Below are positions 1 to 10,286 of a stretch of 32,000 nt of DNA, in pieces; positions within the stretch are counted from its first letter, which is position 1; the number at the start of each line of letters is the position of its first letter. Position numbers and translations under genes: made by a program. The notes under the pieces are model-generated. The model was given only the letters and a program-made list of their open reading frames with translations. It was not told the origin of the DNA and searched no databases. This DNA is from Proteiniclasticum aestuarii (GTDB lineage Bacteria > Bacillota > Clostridia > Clostridiales > Clostridiaceae): the NCBI RefSeq assembly GCF_017368455.1, contig NZ_JAFNJU010000008.1, forward strand, positions 154,758-186,757, written 5' to 3'.

Positions 1-1229
1 CACCTGATTTCAAGAAGTTCTTCGATTCTTTCGATATACTTTCGCGCATTAAGAGGCATTTCCTCATAACTTGTGGCTTTTGAAACAGAATCATCCCAGC
101 CGTCAAATTCCTCATAGACCGGCTTGCACAAAGCCAGGTCCGCAAGGCTTGCAGGCACGTAGTCGATGAGCTCATCTCCAAGGCGATAACCCACACAGAC
201 TTTGATTTTCTCAAGACCTGCCAGGGTATCGATCTTGGTCAGTACCAGTGATGTGAGCCCTGACACTCGGATGGAGGTCTTCACGATGACCAGGTCCAGC
301 CATCCGCATCTTCTGCTTCTTCCTGTGGTGGTCCCATATTCATGACCCTTTTCTCTGATCCATTCTCCGGTTTCATTTTCCAGTTCTGTGGGAAAAGGTC
401 CTTTTCCCACTCTGGTGGTATAGGCCTTGGTGACACCTACAGCCTTTTCGATGGTATTGGGACCGATTCCTGATCCTGCTGCCACCCCTCCAGCGGTTGT
501 ATTGGATGATGTGACGAAGGGATAGGTTCCATAGTCGATATCAAGAAGCATACCCTGTGCTCCTTCAAAGAGAACCTTCTTCTTCTTTTTCATCTCTTCA
601 TATAGAACCACTGATGTGTCTCTCACAAAAGGCTTCAGTCTTTCACCAAGGGCTTTGTAGGTGTTGTAGACTTCCTCCGGATCCATGGCCTCTCCGCCTA
701 GAACCTTCGTGATATATCTGTTCTTCTCTTCCAGATTCAGCTCGATTTTTTCTTTCAGGACTTCAGGATGCATCAGGTCACATACCCTGATTCCCGATCT
801 TTCCACCTTATCCGTGTAAGCCGGTCCGATTCCCTTTCCTGTGGTTCCTATGTCATTCTTTCCTCTTGCCTTTTCCTTCAGCTGATCCAGCACTTTATGG
901 TAGGGCATGATCACGTTGGCTCGATCGCTGACGATGAGATTGTCCGCAGTGATTGTAAGACCTGTGTCCTCGAGATACTCCACTTCCTTGAAGAACGCAG
1001 TCGGGTCCAGCACCACACCGTTTCCGATGATATTGAGTTTTTTCCCGTGTATGATTCCTGAAGGAATCAGATGAAGCTTATACTGTTTTTCTCCTACTTC
1101 CACTGTATGACCGGCATTGTTTCCACCTTGGAATCGCACCACCACTTCTGCGGTTTCCGCCAGATAGTCGGTGATTTTACCTTTCCCTTCGTCTCCCCAC
1201 TGAGCGCCTAATATAACTAAAGTTGACAT
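1..1229 (-). CDS. purA: Adenylosuccinate synthetase. The C-terminal end lies beyond the window edge; about 409 codons are present.
   Basis: Missing from the ORF track because the ORF runs off position 1. Reverse-strand translation from ATG at 1229-1227 reads [43 protein letters not shown], with the GDEGKGK P-loop typical of PurA. Near position 1 the same frame reads [48 protein letters not shown] lies at 1237-1241, 7 nt upstream. Confidence 0.93.
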   Translation of the reverse strand, partial: MSTLVILGAQWGDEGKGKITDYLAETAEVVVRFQGGNNAGHTVEVGEKQYKLHLIPSGIIHGKKLNIIGNGVVLDPTAFFKEVEYLEDTGLTITADNLIVSDRANVIMPYHKVLDQLKEKARGKNDIGTTGKGIGPAYTDKVERSGIRVCDLMHPEVLKEKIELNLEEKNRYITKVLGGEAMDPEEVYNTYKALGERLKPFVRDTSVVLYEEMKKKKKVLFEGAQGMLLDIDYGTYPFVTSSNTTAGGVAAGSGIGPNTIEKAVGVTKAYTTRVGKGPFPTELENETGEWIREKGHEYGTTTGRSRRCGWLDLVIVKTSIRVSGLTSLVLTKIDTLAGLEKIKVCVGYRLGDELIDYVPASLADLALCKPVYEEFDGWDDSVSKATSYEEMPLNARKYIERIEELLEIR

Positions 1230-1310
1230 AAGATTACCTCCGATACAAATTAACAGTCTTATCTTAACAGAAACGTACGTTAACATCAATTTTATTTTTA
1301 TCATCTGACT

Positions 1311-1342
1311 CATTCGGAACGCTTGCATCTACACGAATATTA
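1311..1342. promoter_or_regulatory. Candidate PurR operator: two inverted PurBox-like half sites upstream of purA
   Basis: Plus strand reads CATTCGGAACG-N-ACACGAATATTA. The two CGAA/TTCG cores are inverted and separated by 17 nt, matching the B. subtilis PurBox arrangement (AWWWCCGAACWWT, inverted pair, 16-17 nt spacer). It sits upstream of a weak TTGATG-17-TAAGAT promoter candidate for purA. Each box matches only about 8/13 of the consensus. Confidence 0.4.
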
Positions 1343-1419
1343 TCATCTGTATTTAGTGGGAATGTACAGGTTTCTTATGGGTTCCGGTTATACTTCCTCT
1401 TCATTTTTCTGATGGAATC

Positions 1420-1449
1420 AGGACAAAAGACCATTCTTTCAGGTATAAT
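1420..1449 (+). promoter_or_regulatory. Candidate sigma-A promoter for pgsA
   Basis: TATAAT at 1444-1449, with AGGACA (4/6 to TTGACA) 18 nt upstream at 1420-1425. Confidence 0.3.
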
Positions 1450-1522
1450 ATACTTAACAGAAATATCAAATAATAATGGTATAAATCAAGATATCACCTT
1501 GTCTCCCGAAGGAGGTGCACAG

Positions 1523-2065
1523 ATGAAACTGGAAAAAAACTCAAGCAACCTGAATCTTCCTAACTTAATAACGTTGTTCAGGATATTCCTGATTCCCATA
1601 TTCCTATATGTTTATTTGAGAAACCCTGAAGAAAACCTCCTCTATTCAGTGGTTATTTTCTTCATTGCAGGATTTTCTGATTTTCTGGATGGATACCTGG
1701 CTCGAAAAAATAATCTCGTAACCCCCTTCGGTACGGTCATGGATCCTCTGGCAGATAAGCTGATGCTCCTCACAGCCATCATCTCCTATGCAATCACCGG
1801 CGTGATTCCCTACATCATACTGATTCTGGTGGGCATCAAGGAAACCTTCATGATCCTAGGCGGCATCGTCGTCTATAAATGGGGAATCATCAATCCTGCC
1901 AACAGGTTAGGGAAGTTTGTGACCTTCTCTTTCTATATCGGCATCTTCACCCTGCTGTTCAGCAAATCTCTTGGTACCATCTTTCTGTTCATATCCGCAG
2001 CCCTTGGTTTCATGGCTGGCTTCAGCTATATCAGGACGACCCTTGAAAAGAAGAAGAATCGCTGA
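1523..2065 (+). CDS. pgsA: CDP-diacylglycerol--glycerol-3-phosphate 3-phosphatidyltransferase (CDP-alcohol phosphatidyltransferase family)
   Basis: Carries the motif DGYLARKNNLVTPFGTVMDPLADKL (D-G-x2-A-R-x8-G-x3-D-x3-D) and is multi-pass hydrophobic. I prefer the internal ATG at 1523 because GAAGGAGG sits 6-7 nt upstream; it gives 180 aa. The track ORF begins at 1412 with no RBS. Confidence 0.9.
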   Translation: MKLEKNSSNLNLPNLITLFRIFLIPIFLYVYLRNPEENLLYSVVIFFIAGFSDFLDGYLARKNNLVTPFGTVMDPLADKLMLLTAIISYAITGVIPYIILILVGIKETFMILGGIVVYKWGIINPANRLGKFVTFSFYIGIFTLLFSKSLGTIFLFISAALGFMAGFSYIRTTLEKKKNR

Positions 2066-2084
2066 GAAGCGTATCATAGAAGGA

Positions 2085-2140
2085 AAAAGCAGAAAAGCAA
2101 GTACCTTGAATGGCACTTGCTTTTCCGCTTTTCTCGTTTT
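2085..2140. terminator. Bidirectional intrinsic terminator between convergent pgsA and the Nudix gene
   Basis: GAAAAGCAAGT (2092-2102) pairs with ACTTGCTTTTC (2115-2125). The stem is extendable by AAAAGC/GCTTTT and is flanked by an A-run on the left and a T-run on the right. Confidence 0.75.
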
Positions 2141-2597
2141 AATCTTCATTGGCCTGAAGATAGGTATCAATAAACTGCTTCGCAGCTTTAAGGATTTCTC
2201 TACTTTCCGGAAAGGTGATTCTTTCTCTTGCTTTCTCATAGGGAAGATACTCATAGTCCATCACTTCTTCTTCCTGAATGGACACTCTGGCCATGGAGAA
2301 CCCCAGATAGAAAGTCACTGTTTTCTCCACACCAGGGATCGGTGAATATCTTGATTTCTCTTTGAACCCATCAATGAGTCTCACCTTCAGTCCTGTTTCC
2401 TCCAGAACTTCCCGTATTGCAGCCTCCCGATCCGTCTCATCCTTCTCCTTATGGCCTTTCGGAAAATCCCAATGTGCGCCGTTCTGATGTCTGATCAGCA
2501 GAAATTCGCCCTTTTCATTGATGATGACCGCTCCATAGGATCTTTCTTTCGTTTTACCAGTACTTCTTCCCACTCTTACCTCCATCGTTTCACGCAT
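2139..2597 (-). CDS. Nudix hydrolase, Ap4A-hydrolase-like
   Basis: Complete Nudix box GHKEKDETDREAAIREVLEETGL (G-x5-E-x7-REUxEExGU), and FLLIRHQNGAHWDFPKGH resembles NUDT2-like Ap4A hydrolases. The start is uncertain: neither ATG (2597, 2585) has an SD, whereas GTG at 2573 follows GGAGGT by 5 nt. Confidence 0.85.
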   Translation of the reverse strand: MRETMEVRVGRSTGKTKERSYGAVIINEKGEFLLIRHQNGAHWDFPKGHKEKDETDREAAIREVLEETGLKVRLIDGFKEKSRYSPIPGVEKTVTFYLGFSMARVSIQEEEVMDYEYLPYEKARERITFPESREILKAAKQFIDTYLQANED

Positions 2598-2643
2598 AAA
2601 CTGACAGGATATTTTTTATTCTACTATTATTATACTATATATT

Positions 2644-2688
2644 CAGAAAAGTAGCAGGTCTGATATCACCAGACCTGCTACTTTATTT
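2644..2688 (-). terminator. Intrinsic terminator downstream of dnaB
   Basis: A 15-bp perfect stem (2648-2662 pairs with 2670-2684) with GC-rich core GTAGCAGGTCTG and a 7-nt loop. It is followed by UUUUCU on the minus-strand transcript. Confidence 0.85.
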
Positions 2689-2700
2689 CTATATGAAAGA

Positions 2701-4035
2701 TCAGTAATCCTGATGAACCATGTCAAGCCTTGCAAATTTGGAGTATTGTCCAAGCCATGCCATTTTGACGGTGCCCACCGGACCGTTTCTCTGTTTTGCG
2801 ATAATACATTCCGCAATATTCTTGTCTTCCGTATCCTGATTATAGTACTCATCTCTGTATAGGAACATGACAAGGTCTGCATCCTGCTCTATGGAGCCGG
2901 ATTCTCTAAGGTCTGACAGCATCGGTCTGTGGTCCGCACGCTGCTCTGGGGCTCTGGAGAGCTGAGAAAGGGCAATGACGGGGCAGGACATCTCCTTTGC
3001 CAGGGCTTTGATGGAACGGGAGATCTCCGATACTTCCTGCTGTCTGCTTTCTCCTTTACCGCTCATCAGCTGAAGATAGTCGATCATGATGAGATCAATC
3101 CCGCTTTCCAGCTTCAGTCTTCTGCATTTGGACCTCATTTCTGTAACGGATATACCCGCCGTATCATCAATGTAGATCTTCGCCTGCGAAAGCGGTCCGG
3201 AAGCCCTTGCGATATTCTCCCAGTCCTTATCATCCAGATCTCCGTTACGAAGCTTTGTCAGCTCCACGTTGGCTTCCGAACAGAGAAACTTATAGGCCAG
3301 CTGTTCCATGGACATTTCAAGAGAAAAGATCGCAACGGATTTTCCTTCTCTTAATGCGGCATACTCAGCCAGATTCAGCGCAAAAGTAGTTTTACCCATG
3401 GAAGGTCTTGCCGCGATCAGAACCATGTCCCCTTTCTGGAAACCGGATGTCATACGGTCAAGCTCAGGAAAAGGAGTGGAAACACCTGTCGTGGTTCCTT
3501 TGTTGTTGAAGACTTTTTCAATCTCAATGAAACCTCTTTCAAGGATTGTGCTGATCGGCTCAAATCCTCCGGTATTTCTCTTCTCTGCAATGTTGAAGAT
3601 CCTCTTTTCAGCATCTTCAACCACCACATCCACTTCGTCCTGCTTGGAATAACTGTCATCCATGATTTCAGTGGAAGCTCTGATCAGTCTTCTCAGCATC
3701 GCTTTATCTGAAACAATCTTGATGTAGGAAGACAGATTCAGCGTTGTGGGTACGGAAGAAGCCAGTTCTGTGAGGTAGCTGATTCCACCCACATAATCAA
3801 TCTTGTCGATGGATTTCAGATGGTCTGCCAGTGTGACCAGATCGATGGGCACATCTCTTGTGAAGAGATCCAGAATCCCCTGAAAGATGATTTTATGTCC
3901 ATCTCTGTGGAAATCGTCCGCATGGAGCTTTTCCAGAACGGTGGCGATGGCATTCTTATCCAGGATCATGGACCCGATGACAGACTGCTCTGCTTCCTGG
4001 TTATTGGGCATTATTCGTAGGGGTCTGTTCTCCAT
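2701..4035 (-). CDS. dnaB: Replicative DNA helicase (DnaB family; DnaC in Bacillus nomenclature)
   Basis: 444 aa. N-terminal PNNQEAEQSVIGSMILD, Walker A ARPSMGKTTFALN, then IMIDYLQLM and the C-terminal RNGPVG motif. AAGGAG RBS upstream. Confidence 0.97.
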   Translation of the reverse strand: MENRPLRIMPNNQEAEQSVIGSMILDKNAIATVLEKLHADDFHRDGHKIIFQGILDLFTRDVPIDLVTLADHLKSIDKIDYVGGISYLTELASSVPTTLNLSSYIKIVSDKAMLRRLIRASTEIMDDSYSKQDEVDVVVEDAEKRIFNIAEKRNTGGFEPISTILERGFIEIEKVFNNKGTTTGVSTPFPELDRMTSGFQKGDMVLIAARPSMGKTTFALNLAEYAALREGKSVAIFSLEMSMEQLAYKFLCSEANVELTKLRNGDLDDKDWENIARASGPLSQAKIYIDDTAGISVTEMRSKCRRLKLESGIDLIMIDYLQLMSGKGESRQQEVSEISRSIKALAKEMSCPVIALSQLSRAPEQRADHRPMLSDLRESGSIEQDADLVMFLYRDEYYNQDTEDKNIAECIIAKQRNGPVGTVKMAWLGQYSKFARLDMVHQDY

Positions 4036-4049
4036 GAATTCTCTTCTCC

Positions 4050-5930
4050 TTATTGCAATACAATTTCAAGCAGTTCTTCGATGTCTTTCACCGAAGTCAC
4101 TGTTATATCTTCCATGCCCGTGGGCACATCGTTTCTGTTATCATAAGGGACAATCACATGCTTGATGCCTTTTCTTCTTGCACCATAGACTTTTTCAAAG
4201 ATTCCGCCCACAGGCTTCACTTTGCCTCGTATGGATATTTCACCGGTGATTGCTGTGTCCTGCCTGATGGGTCTATTCAGCAGTGCTGAAATGATGCACA
4301 CCGTGATGGCGGCGCCAGCAGAAGGCCCATCGATTTTCGCTCCTCCAATGACATTCACATGGATGTCATAGTCGCTCATGTCTTTTCCGGTGATCTTTCT
4401 GATAACCGATGCCGCATTGAACACGGAATCTTTCGCCATGCTTCCTGCTGTATCGTTGAATCTTACAACGCCTTTGCCCTTCTGCTTGGATTCATAGACC
4501 ATGGTCTCAATCTCAAGGGTTGATCCCACGAACCCGGATACTGCCAGGCCATAAATATGTCCGACTTCCCATTCATTGTCATTGGAAATAATCTCATAGG
4601 GCGCGATACGGGCAATCTTGATGATCTCTTCCACGTCTTTGACCATTACTGTGATTCTCTTGTCCTCTTCGATTCTTCCTTCGTAAAGAATCGCACCATA
4701 TGCATCTGCAAGCAGGTTGATGGCTTTACGCCCTTCAATGGTGTAACTGGAAATGAGCTCCGCTGCGCCTTCTTCCAGACTGATCTGGAGCTTCTCTGCC
4801 GCGTCCTCTACAATTCGCACAATGTCCTTGGAGGTCAACGGCTCAAAGAACACTTCTGTACATCTTGAGCGCAGGGCAGGGCTTATATCGCCTGGTTCTC
4901 TCGTGGTGGCACCAATCAGGACAAAATCCGCCGGTGCTCCCCGGTCAAACAGATACTTCACATACTGTGGTGTGTTGTCGTCATCAGGATCATAATAAGC
5001 GGAGGAGAATTCCACCCGTTTATCTTCCAGTACTTTAAGCAGCTTGTTCTGCAGAATCTCATCCAGTTCCCCGATCTCGTCTATGAACAGGACGCCTCCA
5101 TGAGCTTCCGTCACCAGTCCGAGTTTGGGCTCAGGGATTCCTCCCTCAGCCAGATCTCTCTTGCTGCCCTGATAGATGGGATCATGAACCGAGCCCAGTA
5201 AGGGGTTGGTGATCTCTCTAGGGTCCCAGCGAAGGGTTGTTCCATTCACTTCCACAAACTTCGCATCTTCCTCATAGGGCGTAAAGCTGAGTTTCTTCGC
5301 CTCATTCAGAGCGATTCTTGCCGCAGTGGTTTTCCCTACTCCTGGTGGGCCGTAGAGAATGATGTGCTGAGGATAGGGAGAGGAGATTTTCGACAGCAGG
5401 GACTTCACTGCCCGCTCCTGTCCTATGATCTCATCAAACTGTTCCGGTCTCAGCAGCGCCTGAAGGTTTTTTGAAAGATGCTTCTGATCCAGCTCAAGGA
5501 GCTCTTCGAACTTCTTTCTCGTCTTTGCATTCTCTGGACCTTTCTTCTTTCTCAGGACATTCAGTCTCATCTCATCGATGTACTTGTCCTGCTTGTCCAT
5601 GAGTTCTTTTTCCACTTCTTCTTCCACTTTGCGCTGAACATAGTTTCGTGCGATGATTTCGGAAATCCATTTGTTGGTGTCTTCCACCATCTGGACCAGA
5701 TCATCCTCCCTTGGCATTGCCAGAGAGGACATCCCATCAGATGCGATCTTATTTACAGCATAAGCACGAGAAAGCGTATCTCCTGCCAGATGCTTCTGCA
5801 GTTTATGTTTACTGATTCTTGCTTTTACTGCACCCTTATCCAGGACATTTTCAAGAATGTCCAGCTGAACATTGATTTCCGCCAGAATATCGTTGTCCTC
5901 ATAGAAGGGTCTATTTGTTGAATTATTCAA
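4050..5930 (-). CDS. lonC: Lon-family ATP-dependent protease, LonB/LonC type (the form linked to rplI-dnaB in spore-formers)
   Basis: Walker A LYGPPGVGKTT; protease domain with catalytic Ser in KIDGPSAGAA and Lys in GGIFEKVYGA. It lacks the LonA N-terminal domain. TTG start at 5930, 7 nt after AAGGAG. Confidence 0.85.
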   Translation of the reverse strand: MNNSTNRPFYEDNDILAEINVQLDILENVLDKGAVKARISKHKLQKHLAGDTLSRAYAVNKIASDGMSSLAMPREDDLVQMVEDTNKWISEIIARNYVQRKVEEEVEKELMDKQDKYIDEMRLNVLRKKKGPENAKTRKKFEELLELDQKHLSKNLQALLRPEQFDEIIGQERAVKSLLSKISSPYPQHIILYGPPGVGKTTAARIALNEAKKLSFTPYEEDAKFVEVNGTTLRWDPREITNPLLGSVHDPIYQGSKRDLAEGGIPEPKLGLVTEAHGGVLFIDEIGELDEILQNKLLKVLEDKRVEFSSAYYDPDDDNTPQYVKYLFDRGAPADFVLIGATTREPGDISPALRSRCTEVFFEPLTSKDIVRIVEDAAEKLQISLEEGAAELISSYTIEGRKAINLLADAYGAILYEGRIEEDKRITVMVKDVEEIIKIARIAPYEIISNDNEWEVGHIYGLAVSGFVGSTLEIETMVYESKQKGKGVVRFNDTAGSMAKDSVFNAASVIRKITGKDMSDYDIHVNVIGGAKIDGPSAGAAITVCIISALLNRPIRQDTAITGEISIRGKVKPVGGIFEKVYGARRKGIKHVIVPYDNRNDVPTGMEDITVTSVKDIEELLEIVLQ

Positions 5931-5942
5931 ATTCTTGCTCCT

Positions 5943-6386
5943 TTAGTCTTCCTGAACAGTTACTTTAAGTTTTGTACTGATTTCAGGATAAATCTTGACT
6001 TCCACATCATAGCTTCCTACAAGCTTGATGGTATTCATCAGGACTTTTTTCTTATCAATGTCAGTACCAAAAGTCTTGTTTAATAGTTCAGTCACATCTT
6101 TATTTGTTATGGCACCGAAAAGTCTGCCATTGTCTCCGACCTTTGTTTTGATTACAAGCTCCTTGTTTCTCATCTGATCTGCAATTTTCTGCGCAGCTTC
6201 CGTTTCTTCCAGCTTGATTCTTCTCTCGTTCTCTTTTTTGAGATTCACGATATGCAGATTATCCGGTGTTGCTTCCTGCGCCAGCTTTCTGGGAAACAGA
6301 TAATTTCTTGCATATCCATCTGAAGCTTCCACCACATCTCCCTTTTTACCCATGTTCTTTACGTCTTTCAGTAGTATGATCTTCAT
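5943..6386 (-). CDS. rplI: 50S ribosomal protein L9
   Basis: [36 protein letters not shown] is the canonical L9 N-terminus. 147 aa. ATGA overlap with the gdpP stop. Confidence 0.97.
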   Translation of the reverse strand: MKIILLKDVKNMGKKGDVVEASDGYARNYLFPRKLAQEATPDNLHIVNLKKENERRIKLEETEAAQKIADQMRNKELVIKTKVGDNGRLFGAITNKDVTELLNKTFGTDIDKKKVLMNTIKLVGSYDVEVKIYPEISTKLKVTVQED

Positions 6387-8350
6387 AAATTACTCTCCTC
6401 TTTTCTGTGTTTATTGATTGCTTCATAGAGCTTCTCATATGCCTCATCCATGGATATGTCGGCAAGTCTAGCACCTGCCATGGTCATATGACCTCCCCCG
6501 CCTAATTCCTCCAGAATCAGTTGAACGTTCAGCTCTTTGATTGATCTACCATTTATTATTATATCATTATCTTGCGCGGTTAGTACGAAAGCTCCGTTAA
6601 TGTCTTTGAAATTTGAAAGCTCATCAGCAGCCTGAGCGGAAACCAGAATATCTTCTGTATCATATACTTTTGCTATGGCGATCTTGTCAATGATTTCCGC
6701 ATTGCGTATGATTTCCGATTTCAGGTTGAAGCTTTTCAGATCCGAAGCGAACATTTCTCTTACTTCCACCGTTCTCGCACCTTGCCTCTTCAGGAAAGAT
6801 GCGGCTTCAAAGGTTCTGACGCCCGTTTTGAAATTGAAACTCTTGGTATCCACACGGATTCCCGCAAACAGCGCTTCCGCTTCCAGAATGGACATCTCCG
6901 GTTTTTCAAACACATACTGAATGAGCTCCGTGACAAGTTCAGAAGTGGACGATGCATAGGTTTCAATATAGGACAGCATCGCTCCGGTGATCTGGTCCGG
7001 TGTTCTTCGGTGATGATCGATGATGACGATTTTTTCAAACTTCTCGATGACACTCTGGTCCAGTACATAATTGTTCGCATGGACATCCACGATGATCAGC
7101 GTGTCCTGTGGCTTGATCTTGGCAAGGGCTCTTTGGACTGAAATGATATCTTCCTTGTACTCCGAAACTTCCATAAACTTATTGTACACCGGAAGGATGT
7201 TCACAAAAGGCTCTTCATTCAGGATCATCGCCTTCTTTCCAAGACCTCTTGCTATGACCTTGATTCCTACCGCAGCGCCAAAACAGTCCATGTCCGGATT
7301 CTTATGACCCATGATGTATATTTTATGACTGTCTTCAATGATGTCTTTCAGTACATTGGATACGACTCTTGATCGAACTCTTGATTTCTTCTCGATCTCC
7401 TTGGATGAACCTCCATAAAAAGAAAGATGCTCCGGCGTTTTGATTACAACCTGGTCTCCACCTCTACCAAGCGCGAGCTCTTTGGCTGCTTTTGATAGGT
7501 TCTGATTCTCTTCAGGAGAATCTCCCCCTTTGCCGATTCCTATGCTCAGGGTGGGCTCCAGCGTATTACCGTGGTCGATACTCTTGATGCTGTCCAGCAC
7601 CTGAAATTTCTTTCTCACCTGCTCATTTACGAAGTACTCCGGAACCACCATCATGAATTTGCTGGCTTCGTATTTTCTTACCATGGCTTTCATTTCATGC
7701 CCGTAAGCATAAATGAAATTCTCGATTTCCGCCAGAAGAAAAGGTTTTTTCTCCGTATCTATGCTGGCAAGCAGATCGCTGTAGTTGTCCACCTCCACAG
7801 ACATGACGCAGGATCGTTTCGTTTCTGCTTCTTTGATCAGCGATATGTCATTAAATACCAGCACGCGGAGATGTTCTTCAAATTCATCTGCAGCATGGTC
7901 CACCGGAATCACCATGATATGGTATTCCTTGGTGTTGATTTTCGCTTCCACATATCCGCTTTCATGCAATGAAAGAATTTCTTCCTTATTTCCGGGTGTG
8001 ATTTCTTCCAGTCTGAAGTTATGATTCTTCTTATCAAAGAGATTCAGAGACTCCTGGTTGTACCAGATGATTTCACCATCATCCCGGATCAGCACAATAG
8101 GTACACTGGTTTTTTCAATGGTATGCACAATCGATTCTCTCATCTTCGTGATGAGATCAATGACGAATTTCTCCCATCTCTTTTTCTTATAGGTATCCAA
8201 TGCATTCAGATAGATGATCATCATCGCAAACAGAATAAGAAGTCCCGTAGCGATCAGCCATTGCCCCAATGCATAAAGGGTCAGGATCGCCACAGAAATG
8301 ATCAGGCTATATAAATAATCACTCTTTCTGAACTCATAATACTTTTTCAT
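6383..8350 (-). CDS. gdpP: Cyclic-di-AMP phosphodiesterase GdpP (YybT): two TM helices, PAS-like and degenerate GGDEF regions, DHH/DHHA1 domains
   Basis: DHH motifs [12 protein letters not shown] and IIDHHRR, plus DHHA1 motif [11 protein letters not shown]; hydrophobic N-terminus. I prefer the start at 8350 (MKKYYEF...), with GAGGGG 5 nt upstream. The track start at 8368 has no SD. Confidence 0.9.
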   Translation of the reverse strand: MKKYYEFRKSDYLYSLIISVAILTLYALGQWLIATGLLILFAMMIIYLNALDTYKKKRWEKFVIDLITKMRESIVHTIEKTSVPIVLIRDDGEIIWYNQESLNLFDKKNHNFRLEEITPGNKEEILSLHESGYVEAKINTKEYHIMVIPVDHAADEFEEHLRVLVFNDISLIKEAETKRSCVMSVEVDNYSDLLASIDTEKKPFLLAEIENFIYAYGHEMKAMVRKYEASKFMMVVPEYFVNEQVRKKFQVLDSIKSIDHGNTLEPTLSIGIGKGGDSPEENQNLSKAAKELALGRGGDQVVIKTPEHLSFYGGSSKEIEKKSRVRSRVVSNVLKDIIEDSHKIYIMGHKNPDMDCFGAAVGIKVIARGLGKKAMILNEEPFVNILPVYNKFMEVSEYKEDIISVQRALAKIKPQDTLIIVDVHANNYVLDQSVIEKFEKIVIIDHHRRTPDQITGAMLSYIETYASSTSELVTELIQYVFEKPEMSILEAEALFAGIRVDTKSFNFKTGVRTFEAASFLKRQGARTVEVREMFASDLKSFNLKSEIIRNAEIIDKIAIAKVYDTEDILVSAQAADELSNFKDINGAFVLTAQDNDIIINGRSIKELNVQLILEELGGGGHMTMAGARLADISMDEAYEKLYEAINKHRKEESNL

Positions 8351-8375
8351 ACCTGCCCCTCGTTTCATTGCAATA

Positions 8376-9380
8376 TTATTTGGTATTGTTGCTTCGGCTC
8401 TTGATTATGGAATAAAGGCCATTCTCTGTCAGTCTTCTGAAGTCGAATGCACTGTCTATGACACCTATTATGGATATTACGGATACAAGGCTGGAAAAAA
8501 GGATGAAGACAAGAATGACAATCCTGAACACCTTAGGGTATTTTAGCTTTGCCTCCATATAGTAACTGATCAGAGAAATTCCTCCAATAGTTCCTGCTAT
8601 GGTGAACAGATTGTTTCCCATCAGCATGATTCCTTCCCCCATGGGGACGCCGAAAGATACGAGCGCAATGCCCAGCATGGCAACAAGCAATGTACCAAGT
8701 ATGACGAACGCATTGGATTTGATTTCACTCAGTTTCGGTAAGGGCTTCACACGGATGCCAATCTTTCTGAAGACCACTTCTGAAATCTTATAGACAAAAG
8801 CAGCGGCTGTCAGAGAGTATAAGGCAAGCATCGTTGGCATGAAGGAAAGCATCATGCGCACATTGATGGACTTAAACATTTCTATGGCCTCATTGCCTTC
8901 CATATCCATACCCATAGCCTCATAGGATTTTATCACCTCACTGATGGAAAACTTCATATCCTCTACAAGGACAGCCGCATATTCTGTCATGGTGAGATCG
9001 CTGATCAGTTTCAGATCTACTATCACCATGATGCTGACACCGACGGCCACGGCAAGGGCTAAGACGATGAAGTTCATCAGTGGGCTTACATTCTTTTCAA
9101 TCATGAAAATCAGTCCAGCACCCATAGCGAAGTTGAGCACGATCATGGTTGCTGCATATATCGGGTTGATCAGGATCGAAACCAGTACCAGCGTCACGAA
9201 AAAGCTGATGACTGTATTCAGTTTCCCGCCTTTATGATAAATCAGCGCAACGATGATCGGTGCCACCGCCAGTGATATCGTGCTGAAAAACGGTAAGGTT
9301 CCAAGAAGCGAGAAGATCACGATAAGTGCCACCAGCAGTGCACTTGTGACTAGTTTCTTTGTATTGCTGTTGTTGTTCAT
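8376..9380 (-). CDS. yybS: YybS-family integral membrane protein (DUF2232)
   Basis: Polytopic hydrophobic protein in the conserved position upstream of gdpP-rplI, as in Bacillus yybS-yybT-rplI. I prefer ATG 9380 (GGAG 6 nt upstream) over the track start at 9392. Confidence 0.75.
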   Translation of the reverse strand: MNNNSNTKKLVTSALLVALIVIFSLLGTLPFFSTISLAVAPIIVALIYHKGGKLNTVISFFVTLVLVSILINPIYAATMIVLNFAMGAGLIFMIEKNVSPLMNFIVLALAVAVGVSIMVIVDLKLISDLTMTEYAAVLVEDMKFSISEVIKSYEAMGMDMEGNEAIEMFKSINVRMMLSFMPTMLALYSLTAAAFVYKISEVVFRKIGIRVKPLPKLSEIKSNAFVILGTLLVAMLGIALVSFGVPMGEGIMLMGNNLFTIAGTIGGISLISYYMEAKLKYPKVFRIVILVFILFSSLVSVISIIGVIDSAFDFRRLTENGLYSIIKSRSNNTK

Positions 9381-9531
9381 TTCTATCTCCATTTTCTGAT
9401 TTATTCTGCAAAAGGTTTCACACTGTAATTATAGTACATTTTACTTACGATTTTATCATATATGTTTACAATAATGAATGCAGGATTACCCGCACTCATT
9501 ATGCTAAACACATCAACTAGCTTATAATATG

Positions 9532-9562
9532 CAAAAAACCGTGATCCCAAGGACCACGGTTT
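9532..9562 (-). terminator. Intrinsic terminator downstream of rpsR
   Basis: The minus-strand RNA reads AACCGUGGUCCUUGGGAUCACGGUU, followed by UUUUUUGC. Confidence 0.85.
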
Positions 9563-9568
9563 AAATCA

Positions 9569-9814
9569 TTAATCTTGTGTGAAAGGAAGTAGTGCGATAT
9601 TTCTTGATCTCTTGATTGATTCAGTTATTGTTCTCTGATGCTTAGCACATGCTCCTGAAATTCTTCTTGGTAAAATCTTACCTCTTTCAGTGATGAACTT
9701 TCTAAGCTTCGCAACATCCTTGTAATCTATAGATTCAACTTTATCTACACATAAAGAACAAACTTTTCTTCTTGCTCTTCTTCCTCTAGGATTTCTTTTG
9801 AAATCTCTGCTCAT
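9569..9814 (-). CDS. rpsR: 30S ribosomal protein S18
   Basis: [40 protein letters not shown] is typical of S18. AAGGAGGG RBS. Confidence 0.97.
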   Translation of the reverse strand: MSRDFKRNPRGRRARRKVCSLCVDKVESIDYKDVAKLRKFITERGKILPRRISGACAKHQRTITESIKRSRNIALLPFTQD

Positions 9815-9838
9815 GGTTTTCCCTCCTTACCTATTCGT

Positions 9839-10273
9839 TTAGAATGGAATATCTCCGTCATCAATCGGTGTCATATCATCGAATGATGCCCCATACCCCT
9901 GGTTGTTATCGTTCCCTGAATATCCGCTGTTGTTGTCCTGGGTCCTATTGTTGCTGTTTCCCCATTCCAAAAACTGGACTTCTTCTGCAACGACTTCAGT
10001 AACATACCTTCTGCCACCATCTTTAGCTTCATAAGATCTGGTCTGAATTCTTCCTGAAACACCCATGAGTCTTCCTTTTGCCATATACTGGGCAGTGGAT
10101 TCCGCTGATTTACCCCAGATTACTACTGGAATAAAGTCTGCTTCTCTCTGGTTGTCCTTGGAGAATCTTCTGTCAACAGCCAATGTAATTGTTGTAACTG
10201 CAGTTCCCGATCCAGGAGTGTATTTCAGTTCCGGATCTTTCGTTAATCTACCAATTAAAACTACTTTGTTCAT
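9839..10273 (-). CDS. ssb: Single-stranded DNA-binding protein
   Basis: [25 protein letters not shown]-fold N-terminus, a Gly/Asn/Gln-rich linker, and the acidic C-terminal tip DDGDIPF. Confidence 0.97.
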   Translation of the reverse strand: MNKVVLIGRLTKDPELKYTPGSGTAVTTITLAVDRRFSKDNQREADFIPVVIWGKSAESTAQYMAKGRLMGVSGRIQTRSYEAKDGGRRYVTEVVAEEVQFLEWGNSNNRTQDNNSGYSGNDNNQGYGASFDDMTPIDDGDIPF

Positions 10274-10286
10274 TGCTGCACCATCC

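Noticed and set aside
768-1061. A 97-aa plus-strand ORF, the only track entry in the first 1.2 kb
   Set aside because: It is antisense to the clear purA reading frame, which the track omits because purA runs off the window edge.
1412-1522. An N-terminal extension of pgsA (MESGQKTILSG...)
   Set aside because: No RBS precedes position 1412, and the extension overlaps the predicted promoter. A strong GAAGGAGG precedes the internal ATG at 1523, which yields a typical PgsA of about 180 aa.
1907-2345. ORFs 1907-2254 (minus) and 1971-2345 (plus), which span the pgsA/Nudix junction
   Set aside because: They overlap the real genes and run through the bidirectional terminator hairpin. They are composition artefacts.
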